Source: an uncultured bacterium
GTDB taxonomy: Bacteria; Babelota; Babeliae; Babelales; Vermiphilaceae
Assembly (NCBI GenBank): GCA_963727255.1
Contig: CAVSFC010000002.1
Span: forward strand, 128,001-192,000
Direction of reading: 5' to 3'
DNA: 64,000 nucleotides
In this document: positions 1-8,945 of the stretch, one piece after another
Numbering within the stretch: position 1 is the first letter of the stretch
Layout: the number at the start of each line of letters is the position of its first letter
Program-made: the position numbers and the translations under genes
The notes under the pieces: model-generated
Database searches by the model: none
Told to the model about the DNA's origin: nothing
The model's input: the letters and a program-made list of their open reading frames with translations, nothing else

Positions 1-172
1 GAGCTTTTTTTGCGGCATCAAGAAGTGGAATTTTCAACATGAGAAAAACTTCGTCATGCTGATCTAAAAAAATAATCGCCTGTTTAATATCTTCAAGCGT
101 TTCAGGAGCAAAAGGGAAAGTATTTAAAAATGCGAGCGCATACCGTTTTGAAATCATATGCCCACTGTTCAT
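1..172 (-). CDS. atpH: F1F0 ATP synthase subunit delta, N-terminal part (runs off window edge)
   Basis: Manual translation MNSGHMISKRYALAFLN.. has the KRYA motif of delta. Its ATG overlaps the atpF stop (ATGA), in canonical operon order. Confidence 0.75.
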   Translation of the reverse strand, partial: MNSGHMISKRYALAFLNTFPFAPETLEDIKQAIIFLDQHDEVFLMLKIPLLDAAKKA

Positions 173-666
173 GTTTCGCGCTTTCTTTTAAGAATCCTAA
201 CAACATCATGCGCATACTGGGCTCTGAGATCTGGATCAGAAAATTTCTTTTGTAATGCCTGTTTTGCATCTTGAATCACGAGTGGTGCAATTTTCATCTG
301 CAGCTCATGTTGGGCAAAATACGTATTTTTAATCGTTACTCGCTCAGCAGTGCGCGTTGCAAAAATTCGATTTTCATCTTGGGCCTTATGGCGCTCGCCA
401 ATAACCGCATCATTCCATTCATTAACTTTTTGCATCAGAAGCTCAATATGGCGCTCTTGCTGCTGGTGCTGCTCAGCAAGATCTTCGGCTCTTCCTTCAA
501 GAAAATATCCTTGCTCTTCAAGCCCTTTAAGCACTGCCTCTTGTTGGTTTACTTTTTCTTCGAGCGGCCCTTTGAGATATTTTCTATACGCATAATAGCC
601 TACGGCCGCCAAGAGTGCAAAATTTGCGAGACGAAAGAAAATGGAAAGCCATGAACTATCGGACAT
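169..666 (-). CDS. atpF: ATP synthase F0 subunit b
   Basis: N-terminal TM (FFRLANFALLAAVGYY) followed by a charged coiled coil; lies between b' and delta. Confidence 0.75.
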   Translation of the reverse strand: MSDSSWLSIFFRLANFALLAAVGYYAYRKYLKGPLEEKVNQQEAVLKGLEEQGYFLEGRAEDLAEQHQQQERHIELLMQKVNEWNDAVIGERHKAQDENRIFATRTAERVTIKNTYFAQHELQMKIAPLVIQDAKQALQKKFSDPDLRAQYAHDVVRILKRKRET

Positions 667-1033
667 GATCAACCCTTTTTATTAATTCAGTAGCTACTCG
701 CTTTGCAACATCATCCACCATCCGATGGTCAAAGTGCGGCTTTACTAGCGAGGGTTTGGTTGAAAAAAAGGGCTCTTGGCGCAATGAAGGAGTGTTGTGT
801 TCAAAATGCTGCTGTGCAGATTGCCATTGTGACAGCAATTCTTGTTCTTTTTCTGCAACAATTTTTCGACGCGCCTGAACCGTATTCATTAATGATTCTT
901 GCAATGCATCTTCTGCATGAATTTCTGCGACAACCGGTTTAAAGAAGCAATATTTGATAATAAGAAAAGCAATAAAGAAATTGATTGCTTGGACTATAAG
1001 CGTACAGTTTATTAATGTCATGCGCTTACCCAT
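656..1033 (-). CDS. ATP synthase F0 subunit b' (second b-type subunit)
   Basis: N-terminus INCTLIVQAINFFIAFLIIKYCFFKPV is typical of b/b'; directly downstream of atpE. Confidence 0.7.
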   Translation of the reverse strand: MGKRMTLINCTLIVQAINFFIAFLIIKYCFFKPVVAEIHAEDALQESLMNTVQARRKIVAEKEQELLSQWQSAQQHFEHNTPSLRQEPFFSTKPSLVKPHFDHRMVDDVAKRVATELIKRVDHVR

Positions 1034-1049
1034 TTACGCTGGTTGCGAT

Positions 1050-1307
1050 CTATGACATGGTAGCGGCAAGATAGATCAAGGCAGCTGCCGTGCCGGCAAC
1101 AATTAAACCCTGAGTTTCAATAACACCCATAGCTAAAAACATTAAGGTTCTTATTTTGTTCGCGCTTTCGGGATATTTTCCGAGATTTTCGCATGCCTTC
1201 ATTCCTATCGCCCCTTGACCAAATGATGGGCCCAAGACACCAATCCCCACTGCAAGCCCAGCAGCAATACATGCCGCTGCTTTTGCATAAAAAATACCTT
1301 CTACCAT
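1050..1307 (-). CDS. atpE: ATP synthase F0 subunit c
   Basis: 85 aa with two TM helices, a Gly-rich first helix, loop GKYPE and conserved carboxylate E in IETQG. Confidence 0.93.
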   Translation of the reverse strand: MVEGIFYAKAAACIAAGLAVGIGVLGPSFGQGAIGMKACENLGKYPESANKIRTLMFLAMGVIETQGLIVAGTAAALIYLAATMS

Positions 1308-1614
1308 GTGCGTAACCTTTCCTTAGAATGGCTCTAAATAAACGTATTAATGTAATAACATAGCGCATATCTAATTTTATTCTAGTGATTGAACAAGTTT
1401 TTTTACAAGAATTTCATCAGTAACCTGATTACCGTATAATCATTGTGAATAATATTTCAAATAATACATTAATCATATTTTTTGTTTAAAATCTATTGTT
1501 TTATATATAAATAAATACTGGCTTCCATAGGGGTAATTTGTCATATGAATCAAAATACTATACCATTGTTAAGAACTTTAAGACCCCTTTATAAAATGAA
1601 AAAAATGTATCTTT

Positions 1615-3309
1615 ATGAATCAATTAAGATATTGCTCTTCTTTTTTATGCATTGGTTTGGCGTTCTTTTATTCCGGATCAATGATCATTGCCGATGCCGC
1701 GCCCCGCGATGCATTTGATGATCTCATTGCTTTTACCGATACTGATGCCGGTGGGCAACTGCTTGATGATACCACTTTTACGGTTACCAGAACCGCGTCA
1801 AAAGAAGTAGTCATCACGCTCCTGAGTGATTTAGGTTTTTTCCCTTTGTTGCAACAGAATTTCTTTTTGCGAAGCAATATCCTACGCAGCCGCAGCTTGC
1901 TTGACTATCCTGAATTTATCCCCTGGCGGCATGATAAAGATAAACGTGCTCTATACATCGATCTCTTTTTTAATGAGACTCCTCGCATGTTCTTTAATAG
2001 AGAGAGCAGTAATATTTGCAGCTATTTAGCTGTTGCACAGCCGTCATTTATCGCAATTTTAGATACTATCTTTGATAATGTGCGTGACTTTTTAGGGGGC
2101 GTGACTCCCATAGAAAAAGATAAATTTTTGCGTCTGATCGATTTATTCAAAACATTTACCGTCCAAGAGCGGCGCCTAGGATTAATGATCGGGGGAAAGA
2201 CCAAATTTGATCGGTGGCATTTTCATATCATGGCCCCGTGGTATTATTTAGAACGCAATCATTTTGTGGATCTAGCGGTACAGGAAGATCTTGAAGCGCT
2301 CATGGCCGATATTTTCGGCGCTCCCAAAACGCCCGAAGAAGCAGAGCTTGCACTCAAGCGTCAACATCAATTTGAGGATGATTATTTAATTAGCGATAAG
2401 TTTGGAATAGGCGATACACGAATATATTGCGATTATCCTATTATTAAAAACAAATATCTATCAACGCGCCTGGGATTTTTAGCAACAATTCCAACCGCTT
2501 TCGCCATGAAAAAAGGGCTCAAGGGTTCAAATTTTAAACGTGTGCAATTTCCTCAATCACTCAACTTGCAAGAATTAATCGATGCGGCAATTGCCGCAAA
2601 TACTAATGGCCAACCGGTTGCGGATGTGCAGGCCCTTGGCTATGCTTTGGATGTTTTATCTAATTTTAGCGCCATGGTTCTTGAATCGCCCATGGGCAAT
2701 GGGGGCCATTTAGGATTGGGCGGATACTTTCGTAATCGATCCCCCTTGAGTTTATTTATAAAACAAGATTGGGCACGCAGAGTGTACATGCGCAGCTTTA
2801 TGTCATTAGAATATCTTTTCCCCGCAACTGAATGGCGCAGCTTCCGCGTACCCGTGCAAGAAGCTCTTTTTAATGAGCGCAATTTATCTGAAACCGATAA
2901 CCAAACAGTTATCAATAGTAACTATGAGTTTATTTTACAACAACTTAATGATCGGTTGTTTCCAAAAGCGTTACAGGCTACCGTTCACCCCGGATTTATT
3001 TTCCGTTGGAGCTCTCAATTTATTTATGAGGGCAATTATCACGGATTCTCATTTGGCACCGATACGTATGTGCGCAATAAAGAATCCTTCTCCCATATTG
3101 ATGCTACTCCCCTTACCAAACGCATTATTGATATCGATACAGCGCGGAATCCGATCTCGTATCAAAGCAAAGTATGCGCATCCGTATTCTGGAAAATTGA
3201 AAAGCCGGATAAATTATGGACTATCGCGCTCATGGGAGATTATACCTTTATGAACACGGGAATAGGAGCTGACTTTTCTTTAGTATTGAAAACAAATGTT
3301 ATGTTTTAA
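1615..3309 (+). CDS. Secreted hypothetical protein, possibly outer-membrane
   Basis: 564-aa ORF with signal peptide, amphipathic beta-like C-terminal region and terminal Phe. Confidence 0.6.
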   Translation: MNQLRYCSSFLCIGLAFFYSGSMIIADAAPRDAFDDLIAFTDTDAGGQLLDDTTFTVTRTASKEVVITLLSDLGFFPLLQQNFFLRSNILRSRSLLDYPEFIPWRHDKDKRALYIDLFFNETPRMFFNRESSNICSYLAVAQPSFIAILDTIFDNVRDFLGGVTPIEKDKFLRLIDLFKTFTVQERRLGLMIGGKTKFDRWHFHIMAPWYYLERNHFVDLAVQEDLEALMADIFGAPKTPEEAELALKRQHQFEDDYLISDKFGIGDTRIYCDYPIIKNKYLSTRLGFLATIPTAFAMKKGLKGSNFKRVQFPQSLNLQELIDAAIAANTNGQPVADVQALGYALDVLSNFSAMVLESPMGNGGHLGLGGYFRNRSPLSLFIKQDWARRVYMRSFMSLEYLFPATEWRSFRVPVQEALFNERNLSETDNQTVINSNYEFILQQLNDRLFPKALQATVHPGFIFRWSSQFIYEGNYHGFSFGTDTYVRNKESFSHIDATPLTKRIIDIDTARNPISYQSKVCASVFWKIEKPDKLWTIALMGDYTFMNTGIGADFSLVLKTNVMF

Positions 3310-3325
3310 AATTGAAAGCGTCACA

Positions 3326-3997
3326 ATGAAAAAATTATTACTGCCGTTAATTGCGGTAACCTTACTACAAAATGTAAATGCGAACGAATTTCCAGCCCTT
3401 ACTCTTGAAGCAGAAATTTTAGAAATCGTTGATGATTTTCAGCTCGGTGTAAATCCTGATACGGTCGGCATGATTATGAAACTGCGGCGTGATATTAATA
3501 AACGCCGGTTCGGTTCAAAAACAAACGTTGGCGTGGAAGGATTCTATCTTTTTGAAGGCAAAAAATGGACCTTGCAAATGTTAATTGAACTTGAAACGCA
3601 ATTAATGCAAAGCAATTCAGCCGGTGACAAAAAAAGACTCGCTTCACTCAAAGAATTCTTCCAAACAATCAAAGATGAGTTTATAGATTTAGTTAAACCA
3701 TTTTTAGCTGATGCACGCGGAGCAAAAGGGCAAATGGTGATCTTAATCACTGAATGGTCAATAAAAGCCAATCGCCAAGATAGCCAATTGCTCAATTGGA
3801 GTGCTACAAAAGAAGGGGAGGAAACTACGGCAATATATAGCAAACTTCTCACTATAAAATCATTTGATCAATTCTGCGCCGATCTTCTTTATTTCTTAGA
3901 AACTTTGTTACGAAGTTGCCCGAAGGCATGTGCACACTTTAAGCAAATCATGGAACAAAAGCAGTCCGCCTCCGCTAAAGCTTCGTCGGACAAATAA
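3326..3997 (+). CDS. Secreted hypothetical protein; last ~10 codons supplied by a palindromic repeat
   Basis: Signal peptide MKKLLLPLIAVTLLQNVNA; C-terminal SASAKASSDK is encoded by repeat 3964-3991. Confidence 0.7.
   Translation: MKKLLLPLIAVTLLQNVNANEFPALTLEAEILEIVDDFQLGVNPDTVGMIMKLRRDINKRRFGSKTNVGVEGFYLFEGKKWTLQMLIELETQLMQSNSAGDKKRLASLKEFFQTIKDEFIDLVKPFLADARGAKGQMVILITEWSIKANRQDSQLLNWSATKEGEETTAIYSKLLTIKSFDQFCADLLYFLETLLRSCPKACAHFKQIMEQKQSASAKASSDK
3964..3991. repeat. Short palindromic REP-like element, type B
   Basis: gtccg-cctccgctaaagcttcgt-cggac, an imperfect hairpin similar to 16513-16540, 17336-17385 and 22231-22280. Confidence 0.7.
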
Positions 3998-4019
3998 GCA
4001 TTAAGGATTTATTTTTTCC

Positions 4020-6314
4020 ATGCAAGATACTGCAGAACTTAAAGGCACCATAGACCGTTTTTTATTTCAGAATAATGAGAACGGATACTCAGTTTTGAGT
4101 CTGCAAATTGACGAAGAAACTAAGATAACAGCAACCGGATATCTGCCCAATTTGCAAGCCGGGCAAGAAGTTGTATTGCGCGGCACATGGATCACCCATC
4201 CTAAATTTGGCAGGCAGTTTGAGGCCAAAGAATGTGTTGCGCAAGTTCCAACAAGCATTGTTGGGCTTAAAAAATATTTAGGATCCGGGCTTATCAAAGG
4301 AATCGGCCCCGCCTATGCAGAAAAATTGGTAGGCTATTTTGGTGAAATAGTTTTAGATGTAATTGATAAAAGCCCCCATCGGCTTAAGGAAGTTCCGGGT
4401 ATCGGGCCCAAACGCATTGAGCAGATCGCAAATGCATGGCAAGATCAAAAAGAGATCTCTAATGTGATGGTCTATTTGCAAGATAAGGGTATTTCAACTG
4501 CCTACGCTACCAAAATTTATAAAGCATATGGGCAAAATTCAATTGCAGTGCTCACAGAGAACCCCTATAGGCTTGCTGATGAAATTTGGGGTGTCGGCTT
4601 TAAAATGGCCGATCAGATTGCCCAGGCAGTTGGCATTCCGCGCGATTCACTAAAACGAGTAAAGGCAGGCATTCTTTTTTCTATTACCAATGAAATTAGC
4701 CAAGGCCATTTATACGCGGAACTGCAGGAACTAAAGCAAAGCACGCTCGAGCTTTTGGAACTGACAAATAATGGCCAATTGCTTGCCCGCTCGAATCCTT
4801 CGATAAACTCAGGACGAGCGGAAATGTCTCCTGAACCGCTCGTGGTGAGCGGCATCAACCATTCGAGCGAAAGCAAAACTGCCGAACAACTCCTCAAAAA
4901 TGCACTCCATGATCTGTATAATGAAGAGAAGATCAAATTGATTTCTGAAAATAATCTGCATTATATCACCCTTTCTCATTATTATTTTTCAGAGAAGGGC
5001 ACTGCGCAAAAATTGCTGCAACTGTTGCAATATCCGCCCCATCATACGATTAATAGCAATGAAGTATATCAAGCATTGCGGGCGCCAAATCCTGAAGATC
5101 GCATCGCCCTCAATGATGATCAACAACACGGAATTCTTGCTTGCTTGCAGCATAAAGCGACCATTATCACTGGGGGCCCCGGCACAGGCAAAACAACGTT
5201 GATCAAAAAGTTGCTTGCAATTCTTGATGACCATAAGCTCTCGTATAAACTTGCGGCCCCCACCGGGCGCGCGGCAAAACGAATTACCGAAGGCACCGGA
5301 AGATTTGCACTCACAATCCACCGTTTGCTTGAATTTGATGCAGCGACTCGAGGATTTTCTCGCAACGAGCAAAATGCACTCCAACTGGATTATCTGATTA
5401 TCGATGAAGCATCAATGATTGATATTTTTCTTGCGCATGCAATTCTTAAAGCAATGCCCTTTACTGGTCATCTGATTCTTATCGGAGATGTTGATCAATT
5501 GCCATCGGTTGGTGCTGGTAATTTTTTAAATGATCTTATTGCGAGCCAAAAAGTACCCACTATCCGGCTCAAAGAAATTTTCCGGCAAGCGCAAGATAGT
5601 TTAATCATTGTCAATGCACACCGGGTAAATCAAGGAGAGTTTCCTGTTTCATCATTGCCGGATTCAAAAAAGGATTTTGTATTCATTAAAGAAAATGATC
5701 CGAACATGGTAAACCATCATCTTGATGAATTGCTACTCAAGCGAGTGCCGCGATCCGGCATACGCGCTTGTGATACGGTGGTTCTGGTTCCCATGAACCG
5801 CGGCATTGTCGGAACCCAGCAAATCAATATGCATTTGCAAAAGGTGCTTAATCCGGTGAGCGATACTACTAAACAAATTTCGCACGGCATTTACACTTAT
5901 AAAGTGGGCGATCGGGTGATGCAGATTCGCAACAATTATGATAAGGCAGTATTTAATGGTGATGCAGGGACTATTGAAGACATCAACATTTCCGACAAAA
6001 TTATTTTTGTAAAATATTATGAGCGCACCATAGAATATGAAATTAATGAACTCGATGAACTAGTTCTTGCATATTCGATCTCAATTCATAAAAGCCAAGG
6101 TTCAGAATATCCAGCCGTTATTATTCCAATATTCATGCAACATTTTACACTCTTGCAACGTAACCTTATTTACACTGCACTGACACGTGCTAAGAAATTA
6201 TGTATTATTATTGGACAACCAAAAGCGCTTGCTATGGCAATCAAAAATAATAAAAGCCTAGCTCGCATTACTTTCTTAACCCAATTTCTTACCAGCGATT
6301 TGCAATGCAGATGA
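4020..6314 (+). CDS. recD2: ATP-dependent RecD2-like SF1B DNA helicase
   Basis: N-terminal OB region (HPKFGRQF), HhH motifs (IKGIGP, VPGIGP), Walker A GGPGTGKT, DEASM, GDVDQLPSVGAG, HKSQGSE, YTALTRAK. Confidence 0.95.
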   Translation: MQDTAELKGTIDRFLFQNNENGYSVLSLQIDEETKITATGYLPNLQAGQEVVLRGTWITHPKFGRQFEAKECVAQVPTSIVGLKKYLGSGLIKGIGPAYAEKLVGYFGEIVLDVIDKSPHRLKEVPGIGPKRIEQIANAWQDQKEISNVMVYLQDKGISTAYATKIYKAYGQNSIAVLTENPYRLADEIWGVGFKMADQIAQAVGIPRDSLKRVKAGILFSITNEISQGHLYAELQELKQSTLELLELTNNGQLLARSNPSINSGRAEMSPEPLVVSGINHSSESKTAEQLLKNALHDLYNEEKIKLISENNLHYITLSHYYFSEKGTAQKLLQLLQYPPHHTINSNEVYQALRAPNPEDRIALNDDQQHGILACLQHKATIITGGPGTGKTTLIKKLLAILDDHKLSYKLAAPTGRAAKRITEGTGRFALTIHRLLEFDAATRGFSRNEQNALQLDYLIIDEASMIDIFLAHAILKAMPFTGHLILIGDVDQLPSVGAGNFLNDLIASQKVPTIRLKEIFRQAQDSLIIVNAHRVNQGEFPVSSLPDSKKDFVFIKENDPNMVNHHLDELLLKRVPRSGIRACDTVVLVPMNRGIVGTQQINMHLQKVLNPVSDTTKQISHGIYTYKVGDRVMQIRNNYDKAVFNGDAGTIEDINISDKIIFVKYYERTIEYEINELDELVLAYSISIHKSQGSEYPAVIIPIFMQHFTLLQRNLIYTALTRAKKLCIIIGQPKALAMAIKNNKSLARITFLTQFLTSDLQCR
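4779..4876. repeat. Palindromic element type A inserted in frame in recD2
   Basis: Outer inverted repeat cgctcgaat/attcgagcg, inner cgagcgg/ccgctcg stem, and halves ccttcgataaactcagga and tggtgagcggcatcaacca shared with 16552-16591 and 43798-43902. Confidence 0.8.
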
Positions 6315-6964
6315 ACAAATTATTATTATTGCTGCTTATGCCATGCATGAATAATGCCTGGTTTTTTACTCTGCCAGCAGAAAAACCATTTGTACTACTT
6401 TTAGAAGCAAGCGGCGACCCAATGCACCCTGGCCGCAGCATTGATGATAGCTTTGAAAGCACAATCACCTTTGAGATAGCCCAAACAATCAAACAAATGC
6501 TTCTTGCGCAATATCCAAATTTAAAAATATTGCTCAACCGTGCAGCTGCCGAAACCGTTGCTCCACTGCAAAATGCAAATTTTGCAAATAAGCTCAATGT
6601 TGATTGCTATATCAGCATTCATGCATTTGCAGAATCAGAAATAAAACCGCATGTTTATCTGTATCAATTTTCATATCATGATGATTTCATTGCGAAAGAT
6701 GCAGGGCTGAGCTTTTATCCATTTGATAAAATTTATATGGTAAATCAAAAGCAAACCACTGCATGGGCCGAGCAGCTCAAGCAAGCACTTGAAAAACATT
6801 CATTGTGGGCCGTTAAAGGAGTTTTTTCATTACCATTCAAGCCCTTGATTGGGATTAAAGCTCCGGCAATTGGCATTGAAATTGGATTAAAAAATCGATC
6901 CGAGTGGCGAAATTATATTGAAGCGCTTGTGAGTGGGATTATAACTATTATTAATAATCGATAG
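6311..6964 (+). CDS. N-acetylmuramoyl-L-alanine amidase (Amidase_3-like), divergent
   Basis: Signal peptide, FES, ANFAN..DCYISIHA and PAIGIEIG motifs; first Zn-His position reads SGD. Confidence 0.75.
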   Translation: MNKLLLLLLMPCMNNAWFFTLPAEKPFVLLLEASGDPMHPGRSIDDSFESTITFEIAQTIKQMLLAQYPNLKILLNRAAAETVAPLQNANFANKLNVDCYISIHAFAESEIKPHVYLYQFSYHDDFIAKDAGLSFYPFDKIYMVNQKQTTAWAEQLKQALEKHSLWAVKGVFSLPFKPLIGIKAPAIGIEIGLKNRSEWRNYIEALVSGIITIINNR

Positions 6965-6979
6965 CGAAATTCAAAAAAC

Positions 6980-7513
6980 ATGAGCAACAAACATTATATT
7001 TTTATATGTCTAGCAACGTTCATGCTAAGCCTTCTTCTCTTTGCATATCACAAAGAATATATTATTTTAAATTTTCACCAAACCGTGAAAAATGAGTCTC
7101 GATCAAATTCATCTCAAAAACACAATGTAACGCTCCATTTCTGGCACCAAAATAATTGGCATAGCGAGCAGGTTTCACTTTTATTTTCAGATAATCGTGC
7201 CACAAATATGCAACAATTGATAAGCCGCTGGGCCCAGCTTCTGCAGGAAGAAAAAATCTCTAAAAAGAAGATAGCGTTACAATCAGCAGCGATAGCATTT
7301 GATAATCAAGAACTTATTATCTCATTCGATCGAGCCCCTTGGAATAAAGAAAATAGCACCTATGAAAAATGGATGGCCATTGAGGGATTGCTCAAAACCA
7401 TTCAAGCAGTTGACCCATCAATAAAAAGAGTGCGTTTTTTAATAAATCAGCAACCTCTACAAGATCCTCATCTTGATTGTACAAATGCATGGCCAACCAA
7501 TGGGTTTGCTTAG
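6980..7513 (+). CDS. Membrane-anchored GerMN-domain-like protein
   Basis: N-terminal TM; C-terminal E..AIEGLLKTI..IKRVRFLIN..HLD resembles GerMN; follows the amidase gene. Confidence 0.6.
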   Translation: MSNKHYIFICLATFMLSLLLFAYHKEYIILNFHQTVKNESRSNSSQKHNVTLHFWHQNNWHSEQVSLLFSDNRATNMQQLISRWAQLLQEEKISKKKIALQSAAIAFDNQELIISFDRAPWNKENSTYEKWMAIEGLLKTIQAVDPSIKRVRFLINQQPLQDPHLDCTNAWPTNGFA

Positions 7514-7631
7514 CACATTTAAAATTTCTTCTGCAATAACTTCTTTTAATATCTTCAAAAACATGCTATATCAATGACTTATTATTCTATACACCCTTGA
7601 AGCGCAGGATTAACTAATAAAAAAGGATAGC

Positions 7632-8933
7632 ATGCACATTAGAAGCCTCTTGATCATACTCCTAACTCTAATCCCAATCACTCTTAAGGCCGACCGCTTT
7701 AGTGAAATCGCCGAAGCACATAACGTTCTTGATCGCATGCAGTTAATGTGGTCAAATAGTCCCTTTCCCATGAAATTAAAAGTATATGGGCTCGTAAAAA
7801 ATGAGGGCATTTTTGATACGCGGCAGAATTTTGCTTTGCGATCGGGTGAATTTTTGTATTTCCCCTTGCAAAAATTGCCGGATGTTGTTGGGCGGGATAT
7901 AAATGGACGTGGAGATTTTGGCATGTATGCAATCGAATCTCGCGTGGATATTGAAGCAATTGGCCCGGATATTGGGCCAATGAAAAGCAGAGCACTTGTT
8001 GAAGCAGATTTTTTTGGCAGAACCGAACTTACCACAAATACGTTTAATGTCCGGGAAGGATATCTTGAACTCACTTCAGAAAATTTTAATTTCTTAGCGG
8101 GGCAAGCGTATCACCCCATTTGTATTCCCACCGAATCGCCCGATACCATTTCTTATAATTGTGGAGTTCCCATCGCTCCCTTTGCCCTTTCGCCCCAGTT
8201 CAGACTCCTGTATCATGATTCGGCTATGGAATTCCTGTTTGCTTCTATAGGATTTTTAGGAGATCGGCCTTTTGGACTTGCCGGAGGTGCTGATAAAGTA
8301 TTTCGCGACGCACTCATGCCCGACTTTTTTCTCATGGGAAAATTCAAACTTGATGATGAAAATTATTTGGGAATCGGGTTTGATATTTACCGATTAATTC
8401 CACGCCTTGCCACTAATAATAATTATAAAGAGGATTATGGGGTAACATGCATTTCAACAGATTTTTTTATTCGGTTTCAATTCAACGATTTTGTAACCTA
8501 TTCAAAATTAGTATATTCGCAAGATGCCGCAGCATACGAACTTATTGGCGGTATTGCAATTCATTCCATAGATCCGGTTACTGATCTGCGCACTTGGGTA
8601 CCCCTGCAAACTCTTTCTTGGTATGTAGAATTTATCAAAGAAGGATATCTTGAGCCAGGTTTATTTCTTGGCATTGTAAAAAATCTCGGCGCAACTAAAA
8701 CAATTGTTCCTGGCAGTGAATCACTAGTTACTCTTTTTGGCATTGGGATAAACATTGATACGGTTTTTAGAGTTGCCCCAAGGCTACGCTGGTATGTTAA
8801 TTCATTTATTGTAGGGGTTGAATATGAATATACGCGAGCTGCGTATGGAACTCCTGATAATTATGGCCGCATAATCAATACCGTTCCGGTAGCTAATAAT
8901 CGTTTTCTTTTTGCTACGTATTATGTTTTTTAG
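7632..8933 (+). CDS. DcaP-like outer-membrane porin, paralog 1
   Basis: Signal peptide, LKVYGLVK..FDTRQ, VEADFFG, GQAY motifs, C-terminal ATYYVF. Confidence 0.7.
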   Translation: MHIRSLLIILLTLIPITLKADRFSEIAEAHNVLDRMQLMWSNSPFPMKLKVYGLVKNEGIFDTRQNFALRSGEFLYFPLQKLPDVVGRDINGRGDFGMYAIESRVDIEAIGPDIGPMKSRALVEADFFGRTELTTNTFNVREGYLELTSENFNFLAGQAYHPICIPTESPDTISYNCGVPIAPFALSPQFRLLYHDSAMEFLFASIGFLGDRPFGLAGGADKVFRDALMPDFFLMGKFKLDDENYLGIGFDIYRLIPRLATNNNYKEDYGVTCISTDFFIRFQFNDFVTYSKLVYSQDAAAYELIGGIAIHSIDPVTDLRTWVPLQTLSWYVEFIKEGYLEPGLFLGIVKNLGATKTIVPGSESLVTLFGIGINIDTVFRVAPRLRWYVNSFIVGVEYEYTRAAYGTPDNYGRIINTVPVANNRFLFATYYVF

Positions 8934-8945
8934 ATTAAGGAAAGT

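Noticed and set aside
1308..1614. Very AT-rich intergenic region as a replication origin
   Set aside because: No clustered DnaA boxes seen; explained as a divergent promoter region.
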